From NCBI RefSeq assembly GCF_006345805.1, contig NW_021827889.1, forward strand, positions 1 through 9,543: a DNA stretch of 9,543 nt, written 5' to 3'. The notes below the pieces were generated by a model, which was not told the origin of the DNA, did not search any database, and was given only the letters and a program-made list of their open reading frames with translations. Both the position numbers and the translations under genes were made by a program. This document shows positions 8,016-9,543 of the stretch, piece after piece. Every line of letters starts with the position of its first letter. Position 1 is the first letter of the stretch. This DNA is from Octopus sinensis. Taxonomy: Eukaryota.

Positions 8016-8054
8016 GTGTATGTGTGTATATATATATATATATTATATATATAT
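7410..8054. repeat. ~645-bp TA/TG microsatellite
   Basis: Almost strictly alternating purine-pyrimidine; exact 30-bp tandem duplication at 7521-7550 / 7551-7580. The ORFs at 7293-8178 are artefacts of it. Confidence 0.97.
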
Positions 8055-8337
8055 AAAATTATTTAAAAAATGCTTTCTGACAGAATTTTTGTTCCTGCAA
8101 ACACCACACCTGTCCACTGTAATGGACATGTCCATAGTCTCATATAGATTCAACAAACCTTTCGAATTCAAGGAATGAAGTGGGTGACGTTGGCATAAAT
8201 ATATTTCGGGGTAATTGGTTTAAAAAGTTCCCCGACCCCTGATCTAACAGGAACACAAAGTTATTAGTCGTTTCCTGTTATCAAATATTCTTAAAATTCA
8301 CTTCCTGCTCTACCTGCCAAGTCTCTATTCTGATTAA

Positions 8338-8347
8338 TCACCACCAC

Positions 8348-8381
<34 letters not shown>

Positions 8382-8392
8382 GTTTTTTGTTG
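8338..8392. repeat. Compound CAC/ATC/ATT/GTT microsatellite
   Basis: Direct reading. Confidence 0.85.
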
Positions 8393-8671
8393 TTATCTCT
8401 CGTTGTGTAATTTACCAGCTGTAATGTATAGGTGTAATTAATGACCAAAAGCTATTATGATGTACTCAGCCCCTTTTGTATCTAGACTGGTGAGCTTATT
8501 AACGCTTGATCGTTACTGCTATATTCTTCTATAGCTTCAATTAGATGCACTTCATAATTACCTGACCACCAACCTCTAACCGCTGACCTTTTGACCAACT
8601 ATAAATACACCTCTTTACTTTCTCTTGTTAGTTTTATAAGACTAGTTGACATTGATATACATGTTTCTACA

Positions 8672-8806
8672 ACTTAATTTATCAACCCTGAAAGGATGAA
8701 AAGCAAAGTTGAGCTCGGCAGAATTTGAACTCAGAACATAAAGACAGATGAAATACTGCTAAACATTTTGCCCAGTGTGCTAACATTTCTGCCGGCTCGC
8801 CGCCTT
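8672..8806 (-). mobile_element. tRNA-derived SINE, 3'-truncated
   Basis: The minus strand begins AAGGCGGCGAGCCGGCAGAAATGTTAG, contains B-box GAGTTCAAATTC (8732-8721), then 'ctttgcttttcatcctttcagggttgataaattaag'. Homologous to 4380-4569. Confidence 0.9.
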
Positions 8807-8859
8807 GAGCGATAAAGAATTATTGGCGATCTATCTGTGATCTGCAAATGCTAAGTTTC

Positions 8860-9032
8860 TTAACCCCTTTGTCACCATAATTCTTTTGAAATACCCTGCC
8901 TTTGAAAATAATGGAGAATGAGCATTAAATGGTGATGAATTTTTTTCTTTATTTAGAACTTAAATTTTGATGGAAGGTTTTTTTTTAAACTTAAATCACT
9001 TCAAGAAAGGAGTTTAGGTATTAAAAGGTTAT
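8860..9032. mobile_element. Probable decayed piggyBac-like MITE (TTAA-flanked, degenerate TIRs)
   Basis: Left end TTAACCCCTTTGTCACC; the reverse complement of the right end (9017-9032) is ATAACCTTTTAATACC. AT-rich non-coding interior of ~170 bp. Confidence 0.5.
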
Positions 9033-9543
9033 AGCAAACATCTTCATAATTCCCTTCAATACATTTGAGTCTGGTTTATTGTCCACTGCTGATGTGTTGT
9101 TCTGTGAGTTCTTGGCGGCTGCGATTTATTTTGTTACGGGTAATTCGAAAGCATCTGTGTTCATTCCTTTTAGCCTACACAAAACCACAAGACGAGATGC
9201 AGTTTGAGAATGCTGTGCAACTTAGCGCCTCTTTTGTCTGCATTTACCGTTTCTATTGCAATTGGCTTCTGTTTGGCTCTTAACTGCACTGATTAACACT
9301 GTACAATTGGTATCATGGGGAAGCAAAGGGCAGTGGTAGAGCGAGCATACAGGGATAAACTAGCCCAGGGGTCCACCTGTGATGTAAGAAGAAGAAGAAA
9401 TCTATTGATCCACACTGGAACCCAGGCTAATTTGGGATCGTTAGTGTAAGTGGTGGGAGGTATAACATCTGTGGTCAGCGATGGCTGGCTGTGTTCCAGC
9501 GACACAGCATGGCACCTTGTTCAGTGTGAACACAGAACAAATG

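Noticed and set aside
7293-8178. Long 110-257-aa ORFs
   Set aside because: TA/TG repeats lack stop codons in these frames; artefacts.
8575-8631. Another + strand acceptor-like tract ending TTAG at 8631
   Set aside because: No convincing downstream donor or exon; such tracts are frequent in this composition.
9488-9535. Alternative small hairpins (GCTGTGT/ACACAGC; CTGTGTTC/GAACACAG)
   Set aside because: Short 7-8-bp stems at the window edge, within chance expectation.
1-9543. CRISPR arrays, intact tRNA/rRNA genes, prokaryotic operons
   Set aside because: No repeat-spacer periodicity; the A/B boxes belong to SINE heads without a full cloverleaf; the sequence is clearly eukaryotic.

Overview
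AT-rich, repeat-dense non-coding eukaryotic DNA, most likely intronic or intergenic sequence of an Octopus species. The taxon call comes from my recall of octopus repeat families, not from a database search. I found no credible intact protein-coding gene; nearly all listed ORFs are translations of microsatellites or retroelements. The window is a mosaic of tRNA-derived SINEs (2327-2978, 4380-4569, 8672-8806), two inverted copies of a (GAT)n-tailed non-LTR retroelement 3' end (5456-5959 + with a 9-bp TSD; 7005-7405 -), a decayed RTE-type LINE ORF2 C-terminus (~3192-3460), probable TTAA MITEs, and long TA/TG microsatellites. Three signals stand out. (1) A complete minimal type I hammerhead ribozyme motif of the Penelope/retrozyme kind (2663-2697, +) lies in a 207-bp unit flanked by (TA)n and nested inside a SINE. 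(2) A strong + strand 3' splice site is fused directly to a consensus 5' splice site (TAG|GTAAGT at 6344/6345), the signature of a recursive splice site. (3) That site lies in the ~1 kb loop of the inverted retroelement pair, a potential dsRNA/ADAR or back-splicing substrate.
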